A stretch of DNA of 63,960 nucleotides, the filler included, from an uncultured bacterium (GTDB lineage Bacteria; Latescibacterota; UBA2968): NCBI GenBank assembly GCA_964471275.1. It is 3 parts of 3 records of this genome, joined end to end, with 100 filler letters (N's around TTAATTAATTAA, not from the genome) between each part and the next. Parts side by side here need not be neighbours in the genome. Positions count along the whole stretch, not along the records: positions 1 to 25,951 come from CAYYGZ010000035.1; 2 more parts are not named here. One strand, 5' to 3'. Shown here one piece after another: positions 10,358 through 20,367 of this stretch; the stretch's first letter is position 1, and each line of letters starts with the position of its first letter. Below the pieces are notes generated by a model, which was given only the letters and a program-made list of their open reading frames with translations, was not told the origin of the DNA and made no database searches. The position numbers and the translations under genes are program-made.

Positions 10358-10582
10358 GTCACCGGTGTTGACCGTACTCGGTTCCTCCTGCGAAAAGCAC
10401 GCGCTCAAGCAAAGAAGGAACGGGTACGTGTCTCGTTCATCGAAAGCGATATGCAAGGCTTTATCAGACAGGATTCCTTCGATCTTGCGATCAACGTGTT
10501 CACTTCATTCGGCTATTTCGATGGTTCTCCCTACGACATCGAGGCCGGTCGCCTCGTCGCCGTCGGCAAACGCCCCGACTGA
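10358..10582 (+). pseudogene. Class I SAM-dependent methyltransferase remnant
   Basis: Startless frame VTGVDRTRFLLRKAR...ESDMQGF..DSFDLAINVFTSFGYF joined directly to DGSPYDIEAGRLVAVGKRPD*. Confidence 0.65.
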
Positions 10583-10685
10583 TCATACCACGCCGACAGC
10601 CTGTGCGTAACGCATTTCAATCTTCCATCCTCAATATCATACGTCATCACGTGTCACCTTCCGTACACCCAAACACGGGTACAAT

Positions 10686-11462
10686 ATGCTCTTCCTCCTG
10701 AGATACGATACAGAGCACAAGGATGCCTACGGTATGTCCGGGTTCTTCGAACGCATCATCGACGTCCATCGCGCCCACGAGATCCCGGCGACTTTCTTCT
10801 GCACGGGAGGCGCTATCGACGTTCGCGAGACTGACTTCAGGATGTTTCACGATGAGGTCGAAGTGGATCCGCTTTTCGACATACAGGACCACAGCTACAC
10901 ACACATCGGAATCGGCTATGAAGCCGGGAAGCCGCTCGAAGTCCTCCGTGCGGACTACGAAAGGTCGATCGCGAGCCACGAGCGCGTTTTCGGCACAAGA
11001 CCCACAGGGATCAGCATCTGCGGAACCAGTGGAGCGGATGGAAAACGGCTCAAAGGTTTCGACGAGACCGATAAATCACGCGCAGAACTCGACATGCTCG
11101 TCGGTCTCGGTATCCACATGGTCAACAGCTTCCTGGTGGATCACAGCGAATCGCGCGAATTCCTCAACTACGCCAGACTGGGCCATCCGGATGTAATGGG
11201 ATATCCAAGCAGCTACAGCGACACCAGTTGGATGTATCGCGCCGAGAAAGGCGACCCCATAAAGTACATATTGGGTCAAATCACGGATCGTGCTGCCAGG
11301 GGTGAACACGTGCCGCTGATGCTTCACGACTGGGTCGCCTGGATGCACGCGGATGATCAGGAGCTTTCACACGTCATCCACATCGTCGACCACGCCCGCT
11401 CTCTGGGCTACGAGCTCGCCACCCATCTGGACTGCTACGCGAACACCGGTTTGTGGCGTTAA
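10686..11462 (+). CDS. Polysaccharide deacetylase family protein
   Basis: LRYDTE, IPATFFCTG, DHSYTH, LMLHDW motifs. Confidence 0.8.
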   Translation: MLFLLRYDTEHKDAYGMSGFFERIIDVHRAHEIPATFFCTGGAIDVRETDFRMFHDEVEVDPLFDIQDHSYTHIGIGYEAGKPLEVLRADYERSIASHERVFGTRPTGISICGTSGADGKRLKGFDETDKSRAELDMLVGLGIHMVNSFLVDHSESREFLNYARLGHPDVMGYPSSYSDTSWMYRAEKGDPIKYILGQITDRAARGEHVPLMLHDWVAWMHADDQELSHVIHIVDHARSLGYELATHLDCYANTGLWR

Positions 11463-11506
11463 GCACTTCGATGTCCAATCGTAAATGGTTAATGGAGATT
11501 GGAAAA

Positions 11507-12704
11507 TGATCTTCCGCCCCTTTGGATCCACAGGAATCGACCTGTCCGTCATCGGTCTCGGTGGCCACGAGTATCTTTCCGACGGTAGCTCCCGCGGATT
11601 CAACGAGGATCGAGGTGATGCCGTAAAGCCTGGCTACACGGGAAAGGGATACGGTGGACCTCGGCGTCAGGATGTGCTCAAGAGCGCTCTCGACGCAGGA
11701 ATCAACTTCCTAGACGTCACCATCGATCCGGAGAAGGAGGCGCTTGGTCGTAATCTCCGGGAAATCTCGATCCCACAAGACATCTACATCCAGACGCGAC
11801 CGGAAGGGATGGGTNNNNNNNNNNGCTCCGTCGTATTTCGAAAATATAGATAAACCCGGTTCCCAATCATGTAGCCTTCTTTTTCAGCAGCAATATCTCC
11901 CGCAGAATCTTCGGGGCCTTCATACTCCTTGCCCTGGCCCCAGAGCAGACTCAAAAAGATCAGTATTATGGGAAATTTTATTATTAGACGATTCATTGTT
12001 CTAGAAGTTGATCCCAACCGCCAGCTTAATCATCCGGGGTGATGAATACATGGATGGGTTATGGATACGATCCCGGCAACACAAAGATGGCCGACGGTGG
12101 ATTGCTGCGAGCAGAAGTTGAGCGATGTCTGTCACTTCTGCGGCGAGAGGCCATCGACATACTCAACTTCCCGTTCCTTCAATCTGCTCTGGACGAAGAT
12201 CCGGACTACCTGTCCAAAATAGAGGACAATGTTGCAACTCTGAAGAAAGCAGGCCTGATCCGCTTCGCCTCCGCCGACAACTTCTCCGGCCAATCCACCT
12301 ACCTGGCACAGATCGAGTCGGGCATTTTTGATTCCATCTCCATCAACCACAACTTCGCCGACTGTCTCGCGGCCGAACGTGTCATACCCGTCGCATCGGA
12401 TTCAGGAATGGGTGTAATCACGCGAGAGGTATTCCAGAAGGGGCGTCTCTTCAAGATGGGCGAGGAAGCGAATGTATCTGACCTCGGTCTGCTTGCCAGA
12501 GCAGCGTTGAAGTGGAATCTGACGAACAACCGGATCACCACCTCCCTGGTGGGGGCACACGACACCGACCAACTCGCTGATGCACTCTCTATTCTGAAAA
12601 CACTCGACCTGACGGAAAGCGATACGACACTTCTGGACAGGCTGCTCGAGACACCGACCGGTCGTGCCTTCCGGGAAAGCAAGGCGTCCGGATTCACGAG
12701 CTGA
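11507..12704 (+). CDS. Aldo/keto reductase, interrupted by an N gap and foreign sequence (likely misassembly)
   Basis: N part FRPFGSTGIDLSVIGLGG...AGINFLD ends at RPEGMG; C part resumes (M)GYGYDP...SLLRREAIDIL, GLIRF. Confidence 0.75.
11825..12052 (-). other. AT-richer foreign fragment encoding the N-terminus of a secreted protein
   Basis: MNRLIIKFPIILIFLSLLWGQGKEYEGPEDSAGDIAAEKEG; composition differs from flanks; abuts an N gap; GGATGGGT is shared by both AKR ends. Confidence 0.7.
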
Positions 12705-12724
12705 GAGACAAGGACAACGGAATC

Positions 12725-13380
12725 ATGCCTGTGCTCTACAGTACGACCTTTCGTGCTCTGGAACCCGAGTGGGATCAGCCCGGTTGCGGTGAATACGGGC
12801 GAACGGGATTGCGGGTGGACTCCGGGGAAGAAAGTGCACGTCTGAACGGGCCGGGCATCCACACCCGTAATGGCGACACCGTTGAGCTTCAGATCGAATG
12901 GACGACCGCAAAACGAGGGTTTCTCCGGCGGCGTGGAATCCGCGATGGCAACCATCGACTTCCGCTCCGGCAGGGCAACCCTGAACACGTCTGATTGGCC
13001 GATGCCTCAGCCGGTCGATCGCAGGTCGGTCAAGGTCTCACACGGTGCGGATCTCAAAGACCAAGGGTGCGGGCGGCCCCGTCAAAAAAGGCCAGTATTA
13101 CAGTTGGGCTGAACGGCAAGACCGTCTTGCAGACCAAGAACGCTGATGTATTGCCTGAAATAGGCGTTTCGATCAGCGTCGCCCGCGTACCGTCCTTGCT
13201 CAAGCGATTTACGCATCGGAGAGAATTCTCCGGAATTCCCGAGCATCTCCACGTCGGCGGCTGGCAGGTTCTCAATGCTCCCGACATTGACGGAAACCTG
13301 GAATCGATCTGTCGGGGTCTGGTGATCGCGACGGAGAGGGAACCGGGCTTCTCGTCGTTGAATTTAAATTTCAATCCTCA
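12725..13380 (+). pseudogene. Degraded hypothetical gene, possibly ending in a carbon-nitrogen hydrolase N-terminus
   Basis: In-frame TGA 12992-12994; downstream VGGWQV...DIDGNLESICRG is then truncated. Confidence 0.4.
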
Positions 13381-13395
13381 ATCACAAGAGACCCT

Positions 13396-14442
13396 ATGTC
13401 AGCCAACCCTGATCGCGTCTTCGAGGAACTCCCGAACGGAACCTGGGATTCCAAAAACCCACACATGCACATCGGAACTCAGCGCTACAACGTCACCGAC
13501 GAGCACCTCGGCTTCCTAGCTCGCTGCGGTGTGAATGCGATGGCGGCCAACAAAATGACGTATTATCCGGAAATTGGATGGAACGTCGATGAACTGGGGG
13601 CGATGAAGGAAAAGGCAGCGGGTTTCGGAGTCGCCCTGGAGATGGTGGCGCTGCCGCTCAACAAGCTGAGTGAGGATGGCCAGTGGACGCCGCACTATAT
13701 GCGTGGTGATTTCGACAAGGGCGAGAAGGAAGTCGAGATGGTCTGCAAGATGGTACGGGCCGCGGGAGAGGCGGGTATACCGGCCATCAAGTACTTCCTC
13801 TGTGAGATGGAGAACCAGCGCACGTTGAGCGACCCGCCCGGTCGCGGCGGCGTTCATTACTCCACATGGGATCTGTCGAAAGCTGACCCGGAGGATCAGC
13901 GGTGGGAAGAAGAAGTCTCAGCTGACCAGAACTGGGAACGGGTCACATTCTTTCTCGAACGTGTCATTCCCGTTGCCGAGAAATACAAGGTTCGGATGGC
14001 TTGCCACCCGTGTGATCCCTGGCTCCCCGCAGGCTACCGAGGTGTTGATCGGATCCTTAGCGGTTTCGACGGCTTCTCCAAATTCATCGAGATCTGCGAA
14101 AGCCCTTACCACGGTCTAAACCTGTGTCTGGGCTGTATGGCCGAAAGTGTGGAAAACCCGCGCGAAGACGTACCGAAAATTCTACGCTACTTCGGAGAGA
14201 AGAAGAAGATCCACCTGATACACTACCGGAACATCGTCGGGGGACAGAACAAATTCCAGGAAGTGTACCCAGATGAAGGCGATATGGACATGCTCGCCCT
14301 CATGCAGGCGTTGAAGGACGTCGGTTACCCGCACATGGTGGTCCCTGATCACGCACCCCAGCACGGCGCACCCGGGCACCGTGAGCAAGCGTTCGCTTTC
14401 CAATTCGGTTTCATCAAGGCCATGATGCTGGCAGTGAAATAG
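13396..14442 (+). CDS. uxuA: Mannonate dehydratase (UxuA family)
   Basis: FLERVIPVAE..VRMACHPCDP, GLNLCLG, IHYRN, FQEVYPDEGDMDM, PDHAP, AFQFGFIKA. Confidence 0.85.
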   Translation: MSANPDRVFEELPNGTWDSKNPHMHIGTQRYNVTDEHLGFLARCGVNAMAANKMTYYPEIGWNVDELGAMKEKAAGFGVALEMVALPLNKLSEDGQWTPHYMRGDFDKGEKEVEMVCKMVRAAGEAGIPAIKYFLCEMENQRTLSDPPGRGGVHYSTWDLSKADPEDQRWEEEVSADQNWERVTFFLERVIPVAEKYKVRMACHPCDPWLPAGYRGVDRILSGFDGFSKFIEICESPYHGLNLCLGCMAESVENPREDVPKILRYFGEKKKIHLIHYRNIVGGQNKFQEVYPDEGDMDMLALMQALKDVGYPHMVVPDHAPQHGAPGHREQAFAFQFGFIKAMMLAVK

Positions 14443-14509
14443 CTGCAGGGGAGCAGCCACGATCTTTCCTCCTTGCCCCCAGCGCCAGCGCCTCTGCTCC
14501 CCCGCAGCC

Positions 14510-16312
14510 CTACCCTTCCTGATACTGCAATTGATGCAGCCGGTGGTAGATCCCCTGTTTCTCCAACAGCTCCTCGTGGCGACCCTCCTCCCGAATCTCA
14601 CCGTGATGCAGCACCAGGATCTTGTCCGCCGTCCGAATCGTCGACAGCCGGTGTGCGATCACGATCGAGGTCCGAAACTGCATCAGCCGCTCGACGGCAT
14701 CCTGGATCCACATCTCCGTTTCCGTATCGACATTGGAGGTTGCTTCATCGAGCACCAGGATTTCAGGATCGGCAGCCAGAGCTCTCGCAAACGAGAGAAG
14801 CTGACGTTGACCGACCGACAGCGAGACACCCCGTTCGTGCACTTCTTGATGGTATCCTTCTGGTAGCTTTTCGATAAACCGATCCGCGTTCACGTCGTGC
14901 GCGGCCTGCCGTACGCGCTCCTCCGAGACACCAGCATCTCCGAGGCTGATATTCGTTTCAATATCTCCCGAGAAGAGGAACACATCCTGCTGTACGACTC
15001 CCACGCGTCTTCGGAGCTCTTCAGCGTTCCAGTACCTGATATCCACGCCATCTACCCGGATCTCGCCCTTCTGAATCGGGTAGAATCCGCATACCAGGTT
15101 GATGATCGTACTCTTGCCCGCGCCGGTCGCACCCACTAGGGCCAGACTGCTTCCCGAGTCGACCTTGAACGACACATTCTTGAGTATCCAGTCGTCCTCG
15201 ACGTAGGCAAACCAGACATTTCGAAACTCGATATCGCCGTGAACATCCTCGGGCGCGTGGTCCCCACCGTCGGATTCGGGCGCCGCCTCTAGCAATTCGA
15301 AAATTCGCTCGGACGACGCCATCGCTACCTGGATGGTCATGAAGCGATCGGCGATATCTCGAATCGGCATGAAGAACCGCGGCACATACTGAAGCATCGC
15401 CACAAGTACGCCCCACTCGATCTTACTCTCGAAGACCTCGCCCCCCCCATACCACAGGACGAGACCCAAGAGCACCACACCGCTCAATTCCATGAACGGA
15501 AAGTAGAGCGAATGATACAGCGTACTCGTCATACGTGAATCGAAATAGCTGTTGTTCCCCTCTTCAAATTTGTCGGCGCGCTGCATCTCGAATCCGAAGA
15601 GCTGGACGACTTCCATACCGGAAATCGTCTCCTGCAGCGACGCGGCGAAAGACGAGAACCGCAGTCTGGCTACCCGGAACGCGTTGAACGACTTCGCCTG
15701 CAGCCAGACGGTCGCGATGCTTCCCAGAGGCAGGGCAAGACACGTGATGACACCGAGCTCGAAGTCCATATAGAAGATGTAGCCGAGAATCGTTACGATC
15801 GACAGGATGTCGCTCAGCATAGAAACAATACTGTCTGTGAACATCTCGTTCAGCGCGTCGACGTCGTTCGTGTTCATCGCCATCAGCCGACCGATCGGTG
15901 TTCGATCGAAATACTGCAACGGCAGCTTCTGCAGATGCGAAAACATCTCCAGTCTCACATCTCGCATCGCCCACTGACCAACCATGTTCGTTGCCCAGCT
16001 CTGCCAGTATCCCACGATGAACTGGATCACCAGCAGGACGATATACACCACGATCAGCCAACCGAACCCCTCCGCCTTCCCCGGCACGATATACTCGTCG
16101 ACACCGATCTTCGTCAGGTAGGGGCCGGCCTGTCGGGTCATCGACGCGATCAGGATCAACACAAACGTCAGACTCACCCACCGGGCATAGGGCTTGAGAT
16201 ACCCCAGCAGTCGGATCATCAGACGGATGTCGAACCCCTTCTTGTCAACCTCGTCTTCATTTGCATGTGGACGACCGGCTACCGCGTGCCTGCCGCCTCC
16301 CGCCATCATCAT
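14510..16312 (-). CDS. ABC exporter, fused permease/ATPase (MdlB-like)
   Basis: TM domain; GATGAGKS, LSVGQRQ, ILVLDEAT. Confidence 0.95.
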   Translation of the reverse strand: MMMAGGGRHAVAGRPHANEDEVDKKGFDIRLMIRLLGYLKPYARWVSLTFVLILIASMTRQAGPYLTKIGVDEYIVPGKAEGFGWLIVVYIVLLVIQFIVGYWQSWATNMVGQWAMRDVRLEMFSHLQKLPLQYFDRTPIGRLMAMNTNDVDALNEMFTDSIVSMLSDILSIVTILGYIFYMDFELGVITCLALPLGSIATVWLQAKSFNAFRVARLRFSSFAASLQETISGMEVVQLFGFEMQRADKFEEGNNSYFDSRMTSTLYHSLYFPFMELSGVVLLGLVLWYGGGEVFESKIEWGVLVAMLQYVPRFFMPIRDIADRFMTIQVAMASSERIFELLEAAPESDGGDHAPEDVHGDIEFRNVWFAYVEDDWILKNVSFKVDSGSSLALVGATGAGKSTIINLVCGFYPIQKGEIRVDGVDIRYWNAEELRRRVGVVQQDVFLFSGDIETNISLGDAGVSEERVRQAAHDVNADRFIEKLPEGYHQEVHERGVSLSVGQRQLLSFARALAADPEILVLDEATSNVDTETEMWIQDAVERLMQFRTSIVIAHRLSTIRTADKILVLHHGEIREEGRHEELLEKQGIYHRLHQLQYQEG

Positions 16313-16375
16313 TCGATCATCCTCTCCAAACGTTCAACCACCCCGACCCCCCACACCCCAAACCCCATCTCTCCC

Positions 16376-18157
16376 TCACATCTCATCCAACTCCTCCGCA
16401 AGGTGCTGTCTTCGGAACATCTCGCCATAAATCCCATCCTGTCCAACAAGGCTGTCGTGATCACCTTGCTCGACGATCCGGCCCTCGTCCATCACGATGA
16501 TATGATCCGCATCCTTGACGGTCGAGATTCGATGCGCAATCAGAAGGGTCGTTCGCTCGGCCATCACTTCACGCAACCCGCTCAGGATCAATTCCTCCGT
16601 GCGCGTATCGACACTGGACATCGCGTCGTCCAGAATCAGGATGCGCGGCGCACGGATCACGGCGCGTGCAAGAGCGGTTCGCTGCTTCTGGCCGCCCGAG
16701 AGTGTCACCCCCCGTTCTCCCACGATCGTATCCAGCCCCTTCGGCATGATCTCCAGATCCTGAGTCAGCTGCGAGAGTTCCGTTGCCAGCTTGACTCCCG
16801 CCGCGTCGGAGTCCTCCACGCCCAGCGACACGTTCTCGTTGATCGTGTCCGAAAACAGGAACGTGTCCTGCGGCACATACCCGATCATGCTCCGGATCGT
16901 GGAAATCGGGATCTCTTCAATCGGCGTCCCGTCTATCAGAAGCTCGCCATCATCCGCGTGGATGAGTCTGGGTATTAGACGGGCCAGGGTTGACTTTCCG
17001 GAGCCGACGCGACCGACGATCGCGAGCGTGCTGCCGGCGGGAATCCGGACCGATATATCTTCGAGCGCGGGACTGCCGTCGTAGGCAAACTGGACGTGCT
17101 TGAATTCGATTTCTCCCCGGAAATCGCTCGCGTCGGATGTCTCCAGAATCTGTGGCGCTTCAAGCGTGATTGACTCGATGCGAACCAGAGAGGCGATGGC
17201 ACGCTGGTGCTCGTCGACCATACGACCCAGCATCATCATCGGCCGGCTCATCCGGATCAGATAGGCGTTGAAGGCAACGAAGGCACCCAGCGTCAGCGTA
17301 CCATCGATCACTCGCAATCCACCCAGCCAGAGAATGACCACCATCGACACGCCGTTGAGCAGAAACGTAAACGGATAGAAGAAACTCCTCAGGTTGATGA
17401 GCAGTCGATTTCGTTCGACGTAATCCCCGTTCAGTCCCGAAAACCTAGCGATCTCGGGAAGTCGTCGCGAGAAAGCTTTCACCACCCGCATCCCCGATAG
17501 GTTCTCCTGGATGCAGCTGCTCATCACACCGAACTGCTCCTGCACGCTCCGGTAGCCTCGACGCATACGGCCGGCCATCATCCGCGCGGAGAGCACCATA
17601 ATCGGCATCGGGATCAGCGAGAGAATCGCAATTTCCCAGTCGATCGAGCACATCAAGGCCAGACTGAGAAAGAAGGTCAGGATGCCTGTCAGGGACATTC
17701 GAAAGGCATGATGGAGAAACCGTTGAATTGCCTCGACATCGTTGGTGGCGCGGGCCATCAGATCGCCGACCTGGCGCTGATTGAAGAACGAGAGCGGCAG
17801 CGTCACCAGGTGGCGGACATACTTTGCGCGGAGATCGCGCTCGACATACCGGGAAAGAGCCGTGAAGTTCCACCGCATCCCGAAATTGAGGACCCACTGG
17901 ACGATCCCCATAGCTGTGATCAGGATACCGTATGCCGCCAGATCCCCGGTGGGGGTACCCGTCCACGTTGCGGGAAGCACCAGATCCAGCTTCCAGGCAT
18001 CCAGGTAGGCTTTTCCGTCATCGATCGCGAACTTGAGAACCATCGGAATCGCCGTCTGGATCACCTGGACGGACAGCAGAAAAACCAGTCCCAGAACGAC
18101 CATACGGCGATAGGGTCGGAGGTAGCGATGGAAGGGATTAAGAGGGTTAAGTGCCAT
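16376..18157 (-). CDS. ABC exporter, fused permease/ATPase (MdlA-like)
   Basis: TM domain; GRVGSGKS, LSGGQKQR, degenerate Walker B LILDDA typical of heterodimeric exporters. Confidence 0.95.
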   Translation of the reverse strand: MALNPLNPFHRYLRPYRRMVVLGLVFLLSVQVIQTAIPMVLKFAIDDGKAYLDAWKLDLVLPATWTGTPTGDLAAYGILITAMGIVQWVLNFGMRWNFTALSRYVERDLRAKYVRHLVTLPLSFFNQRQVGDLMARATNDVEAIQRFLHHAFRMSLTGILTFFLSLALMCSIDWEIAILSLIPMPIMVLSARMMAGRMRRGYRSVQEQFGVMSSCIQENLSGMRVVKAFSRRLPEIARFSGLNGDYVERNRLLINLRSFFYPFTFLLNGVSMVVILWLGGLRVIDGTLTLGAFVAFNAYLIRMSRPMMMLGRMVDEHQRAIASLVRIESITLEAPQILETSDASDFRGEIEFKHVQFAYDGSPALEDISVRIPAGSTLAIVGRVGSGKSTLARLIPRLIHADDGELLIDGTPIEEIPISTIRSMIGYVPQDTFLFSDTINENVSLGVEDSDAAGVKLATELSQLTQDLEIMPKGLDTIVGERGVTLSGGQKQRTALARAVIRAPRILILDDAMSSVDTRTEELILSGLREVMAERTTLLIAHRISTVKDADHIIVMDEGRIVEQGDHDSLVGQDGIYGEMFRRQHLAEELDEM

Positions 18158-18345
18158 AGTTAGTAATTACTTACATGTATGTGGATACAGATCGGATAAG
18201 TCAAGCCGAGGACAGCGCAGACTGGGAGGATAGCCGCGCGGAGAATGCGATTCGACAGCGACCTTGCACCCGCACTGTGATTCGACTAAGCTTGAGGATC
18301 TGCCTGCGCACAGGCCGCCCATCTCTCCCGGAGAGCACATAGCTG

Positions 18346-18768
18346 ATGACGATATTCAACCGACGAAGATTCCGCCACCTCTCTCAATCGCCGCCGAACG
18401 ATCAGCGTGCTTTCCTCGAAGCCGCGGCCTTGACAACTGTTATCGAGGGCTCATCGTGTCCGGACGCCATCCGGAAGGTGACTGCTCGAATCCAGTGGAA
18501 GGTCAACATCGAGGAAGAAATTCAGCGCATCGAGAACGACTTGCAGGACGCTCACGGGAACACGGAGAAGATGTTCTCATTCATCGAGCGTATCAAAGCC
18601 AGGACCTCGTCCGAGGAGACCCGTCAGGTCATCCTGGAGTTGTGTGAGACCCTGTCGGTACGCGCAGATCCGCTCGCCCGAAACGATCTGGACTCGACCT
18701 TCCGGACACGCCTCAAGCAGGAGCTGGGTCAAACAAGGAATCAGAACGATCTCAAAATCCAGGGTTGA
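18346..18768 (+). CDS. Hypothetical helical protein (possibly TerB-like)
   Basis: GGAG upstream; amphipathic helical composition; family call is weak. Confidence 0.45.
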   Translation: MTIFNRRRFRHLSQSPPNDQRAFLEAAALTTVIEGSSCPDAIRKVTARIQWKVNIEEEIQRIENDLQDAHGNTEKMFSFIERIKARTSSEETRQVILELCETLSVRADPLARNDLDSTFRTRLKQELGQTRNQNDLKIQG

Positions 18769-18922
18769 GAATCGCTGAAGATCGCACTTCTACAACCCCA
18801 AGGATGGCTACAGGGGGAATTGAGAAACAGGGAAACCGGTCATTCACAATCGTGCCATTGGGCCGGCCCGCATCGCGATCCTGAATACCCTCCCTCCGCT
18901 CCACACCCCGCACCTGTACACG

Positions 18923-19876
18923 CTACTTCAGAAATTCCTCCGGAGGCTCCTCCAGAGCAAGCGAGTAATCCCGCTCCTCCGGAAGCGGATGGCCACCCTT
19001 CCCATACGCGCCCTCGGCCGTCGACTCGTACTCCAACGTGATAAACGTCTCCGCAATTCCCTCGTCGGTCACGTCGTATCGGTAGAATCCGAGCGGCGGC
19101 TCTGCGTCAGGCCACGCCCCCCCCCACTGTCGCATCGCGATACCCGCACACCGATGAAATCGGATGCCCTCAACCACCTGCTCGGGTCGCCGGCAGTGGA
19201 TATGCCCGCTCGTCACGATCTCCACATTCGACCGCTTGAAAACTTCGAACATCCGTGAACGATGCGGCTGGTCGATCGAGAAATACCACTTTTGATATTC
19301 ATCTTCCTTCGTGATGTCCCAGTTCGGTTCGTTCAGGTCATCCACGAACAACGTGTAGTGCATGTTCATCACGTGATGATCGGCAGGCTCCAGATTCGGC
19401 AGGTCGTTCTCCAGCCAATCCCACATCCGGTCTTCGTAGGAAAGCCCGGATCCGGCGAGGGCAGCATAGAACCCGCTGAACCGCACATTCTTGTGCTTGA
19501 ACGACCAGGGAAACTCGCCAAAGAACTTCGCGAATCGATCAAGGGGTCCGGCAGGCACGTTCAGCCTTGGATCGTCGCGGCCCGTCGCCCCCCGCACAGT
19601 CGAGTGCTTGTTCCCTGTATCCATATTGCCCGGAATCGCGTAGTAAGGAAAGGGGAGCGCATCGAGCTTGGCCTTTGCTTCCTCGAACTCGAAATCGTGA
19701 ATCGACCCGTCTCGCGTCAGATCTCCTCCGACAAGCAGAAGATCGATACCCTCGATCTTCCCCATCTGACGATAGGCGGTCATCCCGTTCTCGTTTTGTG
19801 CCGGATTGAATCGAAACGATCTTCGTGATCCCGGCTGGAGATCACACACGTGCAGAAAAGACCAGGGTTGGGTCAT
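18923..19876 (-). CDS. Calcineurin-like metallophosphoesterase
   Basis: FLHVCDLQ, GGDLT, PGNMD, SGHIH motifs. Confidence 0.85.
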   Translation of the reverse strand: MTQPWSFLHVCDLQPGSRRSFRFNPAQNENGMTAYRQMGKIEGIDLLLVGGDLTRDGSIHDFEFEEAKAKLDALPFPYYAIPGNMDTGNKHSTVRGATGRDDPRLNVPAGPLDRFAKFFGEFPWSFKHKNVRFSGFYAALAGSGLSYEDRMWDWLENDLPNLEPADHHVMNMHYTLFVDDLNEPNWDITKEDEYQKWYFSIDQPHRSRMFEVFKRSNVEIVTSGHIHCRRPEQVVEGIRFHRCAGIAMRQWGGAWPDAEPPLGFYRYDVTDEGIAETFITLEYESTAEGAYGKGGHPLPEERDYSLALEEPPEEFLK

Positions 19877-20304
19877 CAGCTCACCTTTATCAGTTGTCCC
19901 GTGGGGTCGGGCGTGAATCGATCGAGATCTTCGAATGAGTCGAAGTCTCGATCAAAACTACATATCCCGTCCAGAGCGTGTTCCCACACCACGGCGCAAT
20001 GGATGGCATCTCGAGCAGATGCATTTTGATGGCGCTCCATCACCTGCCTCGCGATGGCCAGCGTCTCCTGGGTGATTGGGAAAACGGTTTCGACCAACTG
20101 CCCAGCCACCTCGAACACGCCTTCGACCAGATCCCATCTCCTGAGTGATCGGTAGCGGTGCAGAATCTCTTGCAGGACCTCGGCGTCCAGAGCAATCGAA
20201 TGAGGATCCGTCACCAGCCGATCAAGAAGTGCCTGGCTGGATGGACGTAACGGATGTTCGGCACCTACGGCATACATCAGAACGTTCGCATCGAGCAGGG
20301 CCAC
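19876..20304 (-). CDS. vapC: VapC-family PIN-domain ribonuclease (no adjacent antitoxin)
   Basis: LLDANVLMY, EVLQEIL, ARDAIH, SFDRDFD. Confidence 0.85.
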   Translation of the reverse strand: MALLDANVLMYAVGAEHPLRPSSQALLDRLVTDPHSIALDAEVLQEILHRYRSLRRWDLVEGVFEVAGQLVETVFPITQETLAIARQVMERHQNASARDAIHCAVVWEHALDGICSFDRDFDSFEDLDRFTPDPTGQLIKVS

Positions 20305-20367
20305 GGCGGCGGCTTCGGGTCGGGTCGGATACAGACTGACGGTTCATCCAGCTGCCATCGGCTTGTC

